This document shows positions 1 through 8,932 of a DNA stretch of 58,968 nt, piece after piece (within the stretch, counting starts at the first letter, position 1; every line of letters begins with the position of its first letter). The position numbers and the translations under genes were made by a program. Source of the DNA: Candidatus Omnitrophota bacterium (GTDB lineage Bacteria > Omnitrophota > Gorgyraeia > Duberdicusellales > Duberdicusellaceae). The notes beneath the pieces were generated by a model. The model was not told the DNA's origin. It did no database searches and saw nothing but the letters and a program-made list of their open reading frames with translations. The stretch lies in assembly GCA_003644445.1 (NCBI GenBank), contig QNCG01000001.1, positions 1-58,968 on the forward strand, read 5' to 3'.

Positions 1-110
1 CTATTAACACTAATTTCTTATCCACAGTTATATTTTATTACCGGAGGAAAATATTTCAAGGAAAAATCTTTACTTCTGAAAAAGGAAAGCTTAAAATATT
101 TCAATTAGAT

Positions 111-818
111 ATGGAAGGAAATATCGAACTAACCATAATTATCCCCTGCTATAATGAGGAGGGAAATTTAGAAGAAACTATAAAAAGAATATCTTTACCT
201 GAGAATTTAGCCTACGAAATAATTATAGTTAATGACGGCTCTCAAGATAAAACCAAAGAAATAGCTGAAAAAATAGTAAGAGAAAATAAAAAAGCCAAAC
301 TCTTAAACTTTGCGGAAAATAAAGGAAAGACTCTGGGCTTAAAAGAAGCTCTCTCCCACGCTCAGGGGAAAATAATCATCATTCACGATGCTGATTTAAC
401 TGTAGCTCCTGAATACATATCTCTTTTCTATAACCAGGCCTGTAAATCTGAACCGACTTTCTTTATAGGCACAAGGTTCAAATTTAAGATAGAAAAATCT
501 ACCATGCCTCTTAAAAATCTTATTTCCAATAAAATAACTGCTAAGATTTTTTCTTTACTTCTCTCACAAAAAATAACTGATACCTTATGTGGAACTAAAC
601 TCTTTCCCAAAGAACTAATTGAGTTTATAAACTTCTCCTCTTGCCGATGGCCTGATTTTGACCTTATAGTAGCTGCCAAAAAAGCTGGCCTTACTATCAG
701 AGAAATTCCGGTAAGATATTCTCCTCGAAAATATGGAACTTCAAAAATGAAAATCTATCCGGACTCCTGGCAACTCTTTAAGAGATTACTAAAAGCTATA
801 TGGGAATTAAAAATCTAA
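111..818 (+). CDS. Family 2 glycosyltransferase, polyprenyl-phosphate sugar synthase-like (DPM1/GtrB type)
   Basis: 235 aa ORF. It has IIIPCYNEE and VNDGSQD nucleotide-sugar binding motifs and an HDADL (DxD) motif of GT-A fold GT2 enzymes. It overlaps the next ORF by 19 nt. Confidence 0.8.
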   Translation: MEGNIELTIIIPCYNEEGNLEETIKRISLPENLAYEIIIVNDGSQDKTKEIAEKIVRENKKAKLLNFAENKGKTLGLKEALSHAQGKIIIIHDADLTVAPEYISLFYNQACKSEPTFFIGTRFKFKIEKSTMPLKNLISNKITAKIFSLLLSQKITDTLCGTKLFPKELIEFINFSSCRWPDFDLIVAAKKAGLTIREIPVRYSPRKYGTSKMKIYPDSWQLFKRLLKAIWELKI

Positions 819-2401
819 CAAGCCTTTTTAAAAAAAACACACCCCTGGTAATTATCTTAATAATAGTAGGTTTTATAACTTATAAAGACTGTCTCAACAA
901 CCCTCTCTTCTGGGACGACGAAGCTACAATTATAAATAATTTATTTATAAGAGATTTCCGGTATATAAAAGAAATGTTTACCTCAGGCTATCATTATGGG
1001 TGGGGAGAGAAAACCAACCTTTATAGACCCTTAGCTACCTTAAGCTTTGCCATAGAATACCACTTGTTTAAGTTAAATCCTAAAATTTATCACCTTACAA
1101 ATATTATCCTCCACATAATAAATTCTTTAATTCTCTTTTTTCTTAGCCAAGAACTCTTTCGTCTAAAGAAAATAAGCTTCTTTATAAGCCTTCTTTACCT
1201 AATCCATCCTCAAGCTACAGAAGTAGTAAATTATGCTTCCCACAGGCCCGAGCTTCTAATGTGTTTATTTTTTCTCTTAAGTTTCTATACTTATATAAAA
1301 TTTACTAAAACCAACAAAAAGTTTTTTCTATTTAATTCTCTATTCTTTTATATTTTAAGTATCCTCTCTAAAGAAATGGGAATTACCTTAGTTCTTTTTC
1401 TCTTTTTTTACAACATATTTAAACTTAAAAAAGCATTCAACAAATACTTGCTTTTCTTTATAGGAATTGCTTTCCTATATACAGGCTTAAGAGCTACCTG
1501 TTTAAATTTTTTAGGAGTCTCTCTTCTGAAAGGTCCCCAATTTGAACCTTACTCAGAAAATTTAGTAGAACGCCTGCTTATCTTCTCCAAGATATTTTTT
1601 ATATATATTAAAATATTCTTCTGGCCTGTGGGTTTACATATGGAAAGAGACATCCCCTATTTAAAAAGCCCCTGGGAGATAAAAGCTATCTTGGCCTCAT
1701 CTTCAATAATTATAATGGTAGGGCTCTTAGTTATAAAAAGGAGGAAATACCCTGAAGAATTCCTGGGAGGAAGCTGGTTCCTCTTAAGTCTTCTTCCGGT
1801 AAGTGGGGTCATACCTATAAATACAGCTATTGCTGAGCACTACCTCTATCTTCCTTCAATAGGCTTTTTTATGTTTATTGTTAATCTAATTTTTAAAGGT
1901 TATAAAAAAATTCGTAAAAACTGGTTTAAATATATATTTAGAAGCTTAATCTTAATCATATTTATAGGGATTTCTTGCCTGACTATTAAAAGAAATAAAG
2001 AATGGAATGACCCTCTAACTCTTTATCAATCTACTGCTAAGTATGCAAAATATAGTTTCCGAGCTCATAATAATTTAGGAGTTGAATACTTTCGTAGAAA
2101 AAACTTTAGAAAAGCAGAATACTATTTTAAAAAAGCCCTAAACATAAACCCAAATTATGCCCCGGCTTTAAACAATATAGGGGTAATTGCTCTAAGAAAA
2201 GGGAAAGTAAAAGAAGCTATAAGCTATTATAAGAAATCAAAAGAAAAAGACCCTAATTACCTGCTTGCTTATAAAAATTTAGCTCACCTTTATATAAAGT
2301 TAGGCCTAAAAAAAGAAGCTAAAAAAGAATTGGAAGATATTCTCCAAAGATTTCCTTATGACCAAGAAGCTAAACGTCTCTTAAGAATTATAAATAAATG
2401 A
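800..2401 (+). CDS. Polytopic membrane glycosyltransferase (GT-C, PMT/TMTC-like) with C-terminal TPR repeats
   Basis: 533 aa. The first ~400 aa contain many hydrophobic helices and a YRPLATLSFAIEYH loop resembling PMT/TMTC-type enzymes. The C-terminus carries TPR repeats (AHNNLGVEYFRRKNFRKAEYYFKKALNINPNYAPALNNIGV...). Confidence 0.65.
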   Translation: MGIKNLTSLFKKNTPLVIILIIVGFITYKDCLNNPLFWDDEATIINNLFIRDFRYIKEMFTSGYHYGWGEKTNLYRPLATLSFAIEYHLFKLNPKIYHLTNIILHIINSLILFFLSQELFRLKKISFFISLLYLIHPQATEVVNYASHRPELLMCLFFLLSFYTYIKFTKTNKKFFLFNSLFFYILSILSKEMGITLVLFLFFYNIFKLKKAFNKYLLFFIGIAFLYTGLRATCLNFLGVSLLKGPQFEPYSENLVERLLIFSKIFFIYIKIFFWPVGLHMERDIPYLKSPWEIKAILASSSIIIMVGLLVIKRRKYPEEFLGGSWFLLSLLPVSGVIPINTAIAEHYLYLPSIGFFMFIVNLIFKGYKKIRKNWFKYIFRSLILIIFIGISCLTIKRNKEWNDPLTLYQSTAKYAKYSFRAHNNLGVEYFRRKNFRKAEYYFKKALNINPNYAPALNNIGVIALRKGKVKEAISYYKKSKEKDPNYLLAYKNLAHLYIKLGLKKEAKKELEDILQRFPYDQEAKRLLRIINK

Positions 2402-3165
2402 AAATAATATTCTTAGGCACAGCCTCCTCAATATCTACCAAAGAAAGAGACAACACATCTTTATTAATCTGTGAACCCAAAAATCGAGAGCTTATCCTAA
2501 TAGACTGTCCAGGTTCTTTAGTTTCAAAACTTAAAAGACTAAATCTAAATTATACTAAGCTAAATAAAATAGTAATAACCCATCATCACCCTGATCATAT
2601 CTATGGATTAGTTTCTCTAATTCACTCTCAATATAAACTTAATAAAAAACTTACGATTTTTTCTTCAAATTTTTCTATAAGAATAATTAAAAAACTTCTT
2701 GGGTTATTTAATCTTACTTCTAAAAACTACCCTAGAACATCTTTTATAGATGTATTTTCCCGGAAGTATTTTTTTAAAAATTTAGACCTAAAGATATCCG
2801 CCTTTAAAAATAAGCATTGTCCAGGTTCTTTTGGAATAAATATTATTTACAAAAACAAAAATATTATTTACTCCTCAGATACAGCTTTAACTAAAAATGT
2901 AGAAAAACTTATTGATAAAAACACCTACCTTATCCACGATTGTACTGCCTCTTCAAGATTCTTTAAAAAATACCCTCTACTTTATAACCTCCATACAGAA
3001 GCTAAACAACTTAAAGAATTAGCTTTCAGAACAAAACCCAAGCTCTTAATCCCTATCCACTTTCTTCTTTTAAGAAAAGGTGAGTTTAAGAATATTAAAG
3101 AAGACCTTAAAGAAGTAAAAAATGTATTCTTCCCTGAAGATTTTTCTTCTCTTTATATAAGATGA
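2398..3165 (+). CDS. MBL-fold metallo-hydrolase (RNase Z/BN-like)
   Basis: 255 aa. It has the HHHPDH (HxHxDH) metallo-beta-lactamase motif and a later HDC/H motif. It overlaps the upstream ORF by 4 nt. Confidence 0.75.
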   Translation: MKIIFLGTASSISTKERDNTSLLICEPKNRELILIDCPGSLVSKLKRLNLNYTKLNKIVITHHHPDHIYGLVSLIHSQYKLNKKLTIFSSNFSIRIIKKLLGLFNLTSKNYPRTSFIDVFSRKYFFKNLDLKISAFKNKHCPGSFGINIIYKNKNIIYSSDTALTKNVEKLIDKNTYLIHDCTASSRFFKKYPLLYNLHTEAKQLKELAFRTKPKLLIPIHFLLLRKGEFKNIKEDLKEVKNVFFPEDFSSLYIR

Positions 3166-3210
3166 TAGAGTGTAGTGAAAACTATTTCTTCGCCTCCTAA
3201 CAGAGGGAAT

Positions 3211-3828
3211 TTATCTATGAGTCAGGTAATAGCTTAAATAGGAAAGTTCTGAACTCATATCTACATTTCTCACCAGACAATCTGAAGGCAGGATTAAGTT
3301 GGTAGGAGCGAAATTTAAAATTGCTCTGATGCCTGCTTGATAAAACTTTTCAGCCATCTTTTGAGCCTCTTCCTGAGGAACAGCCAGAATAACAATTTCA
3401 ATTGAATACTTTTTAACCTTCTTTCCTAAATCTTCTATCCCGCAAATCTCAATTCCAGAAATCTTCTTTCCCAACTTCTTAGGGTCTTTCTCAAAAATAA
3501 CTTTTATCATAAACCCCTGCTGGGAAAATCCTTTATAGGAAGAAAGGGCTTTACCCAAATTACCCCAACCACATAACCCCACACACCAATTACGGTTAAT
3601 ACCTAAAATATTTTTGATGTTTTCAATCAAATCTCCTACTCTATAACCCTTACCTCTCCGGCCAAACCTTCCAAAATAGGACAAGTCCTTTCTCACCTGA
3701 TTGGGGTTTATCTTTAGGAATTGAGCTAACTCAAAGGAAGAAACAACCTGCTTATCTTTCTCTAATCTATTTAGTACTTTTAAGTAAGAAGCTAATCTAA
3801 TAATGGTCTCTGAAGGATAAGCCTTCAT
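3211..3828 (-). CDS. rex: Redox-sensing transcriptional repressor Rex
   Basis: 205 aa. It has an N-terminal winged-helix region (RLASYLKVL...ELAQFL) and a Rossmann glycine motif (GLCGWGNLGKA). Length and layout are typical of Rex. Confidence 0.85.
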   Translation of the reverse strand: MKAYPSETIIRLASYLKVLNRLEKDKQVVSSFELAQFLKINPNQVRKDLSYFGRFGRRGKGYRVGDLIENIKNILGINRNWCVGLCGWGNLGKALSSYKGFSQQGFMIKVIFEKDPKKLGKKISGIEICGIEDLGKKVKKYSIEIVILAVPQEEAQKMAEKFYQAGIRAILNFAPTNLILPSDCLVRNVDMSSELSYLSYYLTHR

Positions 3829-4592
3829 TTTCTTCCCTTAATAGTTATGTTGCCCCAAAAACCTATTTTTTCTCTTTTTACTATTAATATACCTTGGGGC
3901 TTATACACAAGAGTAAGGGCGTAATCTATAGCTGAGTTTACGTCATCTTCCTTACAGACCATATTAGCTAGTTTAGTAGCTAAAGCATCAGAAAATACTA
4001 CTGAATCTGAAACTACCGTGACCAAATCAGCAGAGCCTAAACTGAGACTATGCCCTAAAAAAGAGGAAGAACTACAGATGCCTAAATAAAGAGAAGTATT
4101 CTTTAGCCCTAAAACTAAATCATTTATAAAGTTTCCTTCTCCAGCGTATAAACCCAAATTTATCTCTCCTTTTTTCTTTATAAATACATCTCCTCCGTTT
4201 TCTACGATAAGTTCATCGGAAAATTTCAGAAGGGCTTTACCTAAATATTCAGCAATTGCTCCGGCAACTGCAGACATCGGCCCTATATCCAAAAAAGAGG
4301 TTTTCTCTATCATATCCTTGACTATCAAGGGAGCAGGCTCTCTAAGAGAAAAGGCAGAAAGAGAAGATTTAAACTCAGGAAATCGGTTTATGTAGTCTTG
4401 AATATCCTGACGATACCTCTTAATTGAATTGTAGATAAACCTTCTATCCAAAGGGTTTTTACTTCTAACTAAGATATCTGTCTCTTCTACAGTTAGTTCA
4501 TAGCTGAACCAATCTTTAGCAAAATCTTTCCGGTAAAATCTTTCCTCATACATAGTCAGTTTTTTATCCTCTAAAATCTTCTTTCTATCCAA
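3825..4592 (-). CDS. UPF0280 / ApbE-like family protein
   Basis: 255 aa. Overall resemblance to UPF0280 proteins (IGPMSAVAGAIAEYLG, ENGGDVF). It overlaps rex by 4 nt. Confidence 0.5.
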   Translation of the reverse strand: MDRKKILEDKKLTMYEERFYRKDFAKDWFSYELTVEETDILVRSKNPLDRRFIYNSIKRYRQDIQDYINRFPEFKSSLSAFSLREPAPLIVKDMIEKTSFLDIGPMSAVAGAIAEYLGKALLKFSDELIVENGGDVFIKKKGEINLGLYAGEGNFINDLVLGLKNTSLYLGICSSSSFLGHSLSLGSADLVTVVSDSVVFSDALATKLANMVCKEDDVNSAIDYALTLVYKPQGILIVKREKIGFWGNITIKGRK

Positions 4593-4605
4593 TTTTAGCC
4601 CTTAC

Positions 4606-5250
4606 TCACCGTGAGGGCTTTAGCACAATTATCTTACCGGGAAAGGTGAGTTCTTCTTTTTTAACCTCTATAGAGGAAACATCCAATCTTTCTACACTAG
4701 GTTTACCTTCTATAAACTTATCTACTCCTTCAATGTCAAAGCCTAGTTTTTCAGTCTTAAAATGCATAGGAATAGTTATCTTGGGGTTAATTAACTCTAT
4801 TAAACGGGTAGCTAATTGAGCATCGAGAGTAAAAGTGCCTCCCACCGGGATAAGGACCACATCTAAATTCTCCAATTTTTTTAAATCCTGGGGAATACAT
4901 CCCAAATCTCCCAAGTGAGCTATCTTTAAACCCTCAAGATTAAATATGAATATTAAGTTTTTACCTCGCTGAGAACCCCTCGCTTCATCGTGAAAAGTCA
5001 AAATCCCCTCAATCTCTATACCTTTTACCTTAAAAACTCCTTCTTTATCAATGACTTCTGCTTGAGAAAAAGGCTCAATATAATTGTGGTCAAAGTGTTG
5101 GTGAGAAACAGTTACTATATCTGCAGAAACATTAATATCAGAATAACCCACAGCTCCTCCGTAACTTCCCGGTTGGTAAGGGTCAGTAATTATCTTTAAA
5201 CCTTCAGTCTCTAATAAAAAACAAGCATGACCTAACCACTCTATCCTCAT
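4606..5250 (-). CDS. MBL-fold metal-dependent hydrolase (UPF0173-like)
   Basis: 214 aa. It starts MRIEWLGHACF and contains an HQHFDH motif, as in UPF0173 hydrolases. Confidence 0.8.
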   Translation of the reverse strand: MRIEWLGHACFLLETEGLKIITDPYQPGSYGGAVGYSDINVSADIVTVSHQHFDHNYIEPFSQAEVIDKEGVFKVKGIEIEGILTFHDEARGSQRGKNLIFIFNLEGLKIAHLGDLGCIPQDLKKLENLDVVLIPVGGTFTLDAQLATRLIELINPKITIPMHFKTEKLGFDIEGVDKFIEGKPSVERLDVSSIEVKKEELTFPGKIIVLKPSR

Positions 5251-5265
5251 CTTCCCACCTCCTAT

Positions 5266-5736
5266 TTAGTAAGTTTTTAATCCTAACTCTTTCTTAATCC
5301 TAATCTTGGCTTCAATAAAATCCTTATGAGAAATATGAAGGAGCTCAGAAATTTCTCTTATCAATTCCAGTTCTCTCTCGTCTAATTCTTTATCAATACA
5401 AGCTACCCGGAAAAGTTCTTCAATAATCCTTAACTTGGCTGAATAAGAAAGTTGAATATTAATCTCATGAGTAAAAGTATATAAATCTATCCTTTCCTGG
5501 GAAGCTTCTTTTATTGAAGCTAAAACCAGAGAAATATTTTCTGAACTTATCTTAGTATAAGAAGAGAGTATTTGCTTTAGTCTTTCTTCTTCCTGAGGAA
5601 GAAACTTCTTATCGGCAAAAGCTACTTCCCAGAGAAGAACTCCTAAAGAGAAAAATTCATTTAACCTATCTAAATCTTCCTTATGAGAGAAAGAAGCAAG
5701 AATCTTATTTCTAAACTTGTCTAAGAAACTTCCCAT
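5266..5736 (-). CDS. TerB-like (tellurite-resistance/DjlA N-domain-like) protein
   Basis: 156 aa, all-helical, acidic. Two ADKKF / IDKELDERE-type repeats resemble the TerB fold. Assignment rests on pattern resemblance only. Confidence 0.4.
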   Translation of the reverse strand: MGSFLDKFRNKILASFSHKEDLDRLNEFFSLGVLLWEVAFADKKFLPQEEERLKQILSSYTKISSENISLVLASIKEASQERIDLYTFTHEINIQLSYSAKLRIIEELFRVACIDKELDERELELIREISELLHISHKDFIEAKIRIKKELGLKTY

Positions 5737-5738
5737 TT

Positions 5739-6767
5739 TTATTTTAAGTAATCTTGAGGGTTTATCTCCTTATTTCTTATTTTCTCTGCTATCTTTTTAA
5801 TTCTCAGGAGTCTTTCTCCGGAAGTAGGATGATTGGCCAAAAAATTAGAAGAAAGACTCCCCGGAATTTCTATAGCCATCCTTTCCCAGATATCTATCCC
5901 CTTACTAATATCAAAACCTCCCTGATAAGCTATAAGAGTGCCTATAAAATCAGCTTCTCTCTCAAAATCCCGGGAAAACTTAGCCTGAAAAATTCTACCC
6001 AACAATCTGCCTAATTCCTGACTCTGAGGTATATCTACATTCCTACCGAAAGCTAAGGCTAAAGCTGAGAAGAGAATCCCTACGCCCTCAGATTTTAAGA
6101 TATGGCCCTTTATAAGATGAGCTAACTCATGGCCTAAAACTATAGCCAATTCATCATCATTTTTTATAAAACTTAGTAAGCCGTAAGTAACCGCTACCCC
6201 TCCACTAAAAGCCGAAGCATTTATATCCGGAGATTCCACCACTAAGAAATTAACATAATAAGGCAAAGCTTCTGGATAGACAGTAATTTCTCTATAATCA
6301 AAATCTCTTTCCACAAAAATCCTACAAGGTTTATTCAGAGTTAGGCCTCTTACTAAAGAATAAAAGTTAGAAGGGAGAACTTCCCGGTTATTAATTGTCA
6401 AGATAATATCTCCGATTTTTAAATCGGATTTTTCAGCGGGAGAACCTTTTATTAATCCATAAACTATTACTTTACCCTCATCAGGGATTTTGCCAAATAT
6501 TTTAGCAGTGTATTTATTTAAGTTAGTAACCAAGACTCCTAAGAAAGGATACTTTTTTTCTTGAGAGTTAAGACTCTTGAGAAGTTTATAGCCAATGTTA
6601 TTTACATAGATGGTCCTTTCTATTTTTACTCCTAAAGCTTTTACTCTTAGGTCTTCTTCTACTTTATTAAATTCATCTTTGGTTATATAAGGCCCCACGC
6701 TCACACAACTGGCTATACCCAAAATAATACCTAAAAATACTATCTTTTTACAAAGCCTGGAGAACAT
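5739..6767 (-). CDS. M48-family zinc metalloprotease with PDZ domain, probable lipoprotein
   Basis: 342 aa. It has an HELAHLIKGH (HExxH) zinc motif and a PDZ-like segment (GLIKGSPAEKSDLKIGDIILTINN). The N-terminus has a signal peptide with a Cys (GIASC). Confidence 0.8.
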   Translation of the reverse strand: MFSRLCKKIVFLGIILGIASCVSVGPYITKDEFNKVEEDLRVKALGVKIERTIYVNNIGYKLLKSLNSQEKKYPFLGVLVTNLNKYTAKIFGKIPDEGKVIVYGLIKGSPAEKSDLKIGDIILTINNREVLPSNFYSLVRGLTLNKPCRIFVERDFDYREITVYPEALPYYVNFLVVESPDINASAFSGGVAVTYGLLSFIKNDDELAIVLGHELAHLIKGHILKSEGVGILFSALALAFGRNVDIPQSQELGRLLGRIFQAKFSRDFEREADFIGTLIAYQGGFDISKGIDIWERMAIEIPGSLSSNFLANHPTSGERLLRIKKIAEKIRNKEINPQDYLK

Positions 6768-7908
6768 CTTTACTTACACCTATATCCTTAACTATGACTT
6801 CTCCTGTATACTGAGAACCTCCCTCTAAAAAGAAACTAATCTTAGAAGCCAGAAAAGTAACAGTAAGAAAAGCTTTTATAACTTGTTCGTCTATCTCTAA
6901 ATTATCAGCAGGTAGCCCTGAGGGTATATCCACGGCTAAAATTTTTCTTGCCTTCTGATTAATCAATCTTATTAACTCCTTATAAAAAGGAATTAAAGGC
7001 CCTTTAAAGCCAATTCCAAATATCCCATCTACTACTAAATCAAATTCAGGGATTATCTTTTCCAGACAAACTAATTCTTCTCTCTTGTTGAAAACCTTAA
7101 TCTTCTCGGCAGATAAAATCTTTCTTAAGATATTCAATTGAAACTCTACTTCTTTATTGAAAGGTTTCCCTGCTAAAACTAAAAATATTTCTAAGTCTAC
7201 TCCTCTATTTAATAGGTGCCGGGCTAGAGCTAAACTATCTGCGGAATTATTACCTCTTCCTGAAAATATCCCTACTTTCTTAGGTAAGGAGCTAACTTCT
7301 AACAAAGCCTCTAAACAAGCCCGAGAGGCATTCTCAATTAGAATAGTTTCGGATAGACCTAAAATTTTTTTTGCCTTCTCATCTAAACTTCTTAACTGCT
7401 GAGAAGAAAGGACATCTTTAGCTAAAACGACTTTTCTAAAAATATCCTTAAAATTCTCCTTATTTAACCTGAATAAAAAAATATCTTTCCTTCTTTTAAT
7501 CTCCTCAAAATCTTTTCCTTTTTCAGAAATTGTGGCTATAATCTTTTTGTTAGAATTTAAAAGATTCTTTACAAAATCTCTAAAAAGATTTAAACCCCAT
7601 TCCATTTTACCTATCTCATCAATAACTACTACTTGAGAATGCACTATCTGTTTGTGCAGGTTCCTAATCACTCTCTCTAATCCCTGTAAATCTACTCCGT
7701 ATTTAGAAACTCTGTAGGAACTTTTAAAGTCCTGGTGAGCTAATATTTCTTCTTGACCGTCTAAAGTCTTGATTTTGAAACCTATTCTTTGCCCTGATTC
7801 TCTTATCTCTTCAGTAAAAAACCCACAACTATTCTTTAAATAAGGAATAAGGCTTTTGATAAGAGTGGTCTTCCCTGAGCCAGGAGTTCCAGTAATGAAG
7901 AGATGCAT
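6748..7908 (-). CDS. Fusion protein: THEP1-like P-loop NTPase (N-terminal) + NAD(P)H-hydrate epimerase YjeF_N domain (C-terminal)
   Basis: 386 aa. The N-terminal part has Walker A GTPGSGKTT and VVVIDEIGKME. The C-terminal part has GRGNNSADS, DGIFGIGF and DIPSG, the hallmarks of YjeF_N/NnrE. Confidence 0.7.
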   Translation of the reverse strand: MHLFITGTPGSGKTTLIKSLIPYLKNSCGFFTEEIRESGQRIGFKIKTLDGQEEILAHQDFKSSYRVSKYGVDLQGLERVIRNLHKQIVHSQVVVIDEIGKMEWGLNLFRDFVKNLLNSNKKIIATISEKGKDFEEIKRRKDIFLFRLNKENFKDIFRKVVLAKDVLSSQQLRSLDEKAKKILGLSETILIENASRACLEALLEVSSLPKKVGIFSGRGNNSADSLALARHLLNRGVDLEIFLVLAGKPFNKEVEFQLNILRKILSAEKIKVFNKREELVCLEKIIPEFDLVVDGIFGIGFKGPLIPFYKELIRLINQKARKILAVDIPSGLPADNLEIDEQVIKAFLTVTFLASKISFFLEGGSQYTGEVIVKDIGVSKDVLQAL

Positions 7909-7914
7909 TAAGGT

Positions 7915-8871
7915 CTAACTCTTCTTCCTAAAAAGGTCTAGGAATCTATCCTCGTACTCTTTATAAATTCCCCATTCATCTAAAAGTTTTTTAAGTTCAG
8001 AAGCGTAGGATAAGTCTTGAGATGCTTTTCTGAATAACTCTTCTATATTTTGCCTTACTGACTGAGGGAGCTTAGTAAATCTCTCTAACTCTTTTTTGAT
8101 TCTCTGAATATCTTCCTCACTTAAAGGAGAACTTTCTTGGGGAGAAACTTCCCCTTTTAAATAACCCACTAACTTATTTATCTCATTATCTAAGAAAACC
8201 GCTTTCTCTTCTAACTCTTTAAATTCTAAACCCAACTCTAAATATCTATCTACAATCTTTAAGACTGCTAAACTGGCTTTGGGATTTTCTATCTGAATGG
8301 TGTAGAAAGGAATCTCTCCTAAAAAACAAGCCCCTTTCATCCCTTTCTCTTTAGCTAAACCTAAGAACAACCCGTTTAGCCCACTAATTTGACCCTCTTC
8401 TAAAATCTTAAGATTATAAGAAGAAAATTCCTCTAGAATCTCCTTATGAGTAGCTGATACCCATACCCCAGGAGTTTGAGTATGCTGTATTGCCTGAGGA
8501 AAAGCAGCAAAATTAAATACCCTAAACACCTTATAGGAAGAAATAAACTCTATTAAGAGTTTTCCAAATTCATAACTTCTATCTAAAGGAGGCTGTGCCT
8601 GGGCTAAAAAAAGAATAAGGTCTCTCTTTTTAGGCGACCTCTTATAAAAATAAAAGCTGCCCTCATCTATGGGAGGAACGTGGATTAAGCCTTTATCTAC
8701 TATTACTCCCTGAGGAGGGAAAAAACCAGTATTTTCAACTTTAGCAAAAAGTTCAAAACCTAAAGATTTTTTCAAGAATAACCCACACTTAACAGCCACT
8801 TCGCCCATCCCTGGCCAAACAGCTATCAAGACTGGTTCTTTCAGAGAAATCTTTCTAATCACTCTAATCAT
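7915..8871 (-). CDS. PAC2 (proteasome assembly chaperone 2-like) family protein with coiled-coil tail
   Basis: 318 aa. The N-terminal PVLIAVWPGMGEVA pattern and overall layout resemble PF09754-type proteins. The C-terminal ~90 aa is charged and helical. Confidence 0.5.
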   Translation of the reverse strand: MIRVIRKISLKEPVLIAVWPGMGEVAVKCGLFLKKSLGFELFAKVENTGFFPPQGVIVDKGLIHVPPIDEGSFYFYKRSPKKRDLILFLAQAQPPLDRSYEFGKLLIEFISSYKVFRVFNFAAFPQAIQHTQTPGVWVSATHKEILEEFSSYNLKILEEGQISGLNGLFLGLAKEKGMKGACFLGEIPFYTIQIENPKASLAVLKIVDRYLELGLEFKELEEKAVFLDNEINKLVGYLKGEVSPQESSPLSEEDIQRIKKELERFTKLPQSVRQNIEELFRKASQDLSYASELKKLLDEWGIYKEYEDRFLDLFRKKS

Positions 8872-8932
8872 AACCTAATTTAAAATAGCATAAAAAAATA
8901 AAATTACAAGAGTTTCTTTAAACCTCAAATTA

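Noticed and set aside
18-26. A perfect DnaA box, TTATCCACA, at the window start.
   Set aside because: It is a single isolated 9-mer 40 kb from dnaA. One such match is close to chance expectation in 59 kb on two strands, and no clustered boxes lie nearby.
428-679. An antisense ORF inside the GT2 gene. The same applies to similar shadow ORFs at 4990-5199, 5754-6014, 7157-7402, 13158-13361, 13482-13697, 13774-13962, 19787-20047, 22111-22329, 25479-25706, 26306-26506, 29027-29395, 29486-29686, 30502-30846, 33509-33742, 35205-35390, 38704-39000, 41316-41501, 41759-42028, 44578-44796, 47554-47787, 50113-50322, 50752-50934, 51526-51729, 52567-52761, 53390-53752, 54464-54673, 54821-55057 and 56905-57150.
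   Set aside because: Each lies wholly or largely inside a longer ORF with clear family motifs, either on the opposite strand or in another frame. Their translations are low-complexity and typical of AT-rich shadow frames, with no recognisable motifs.
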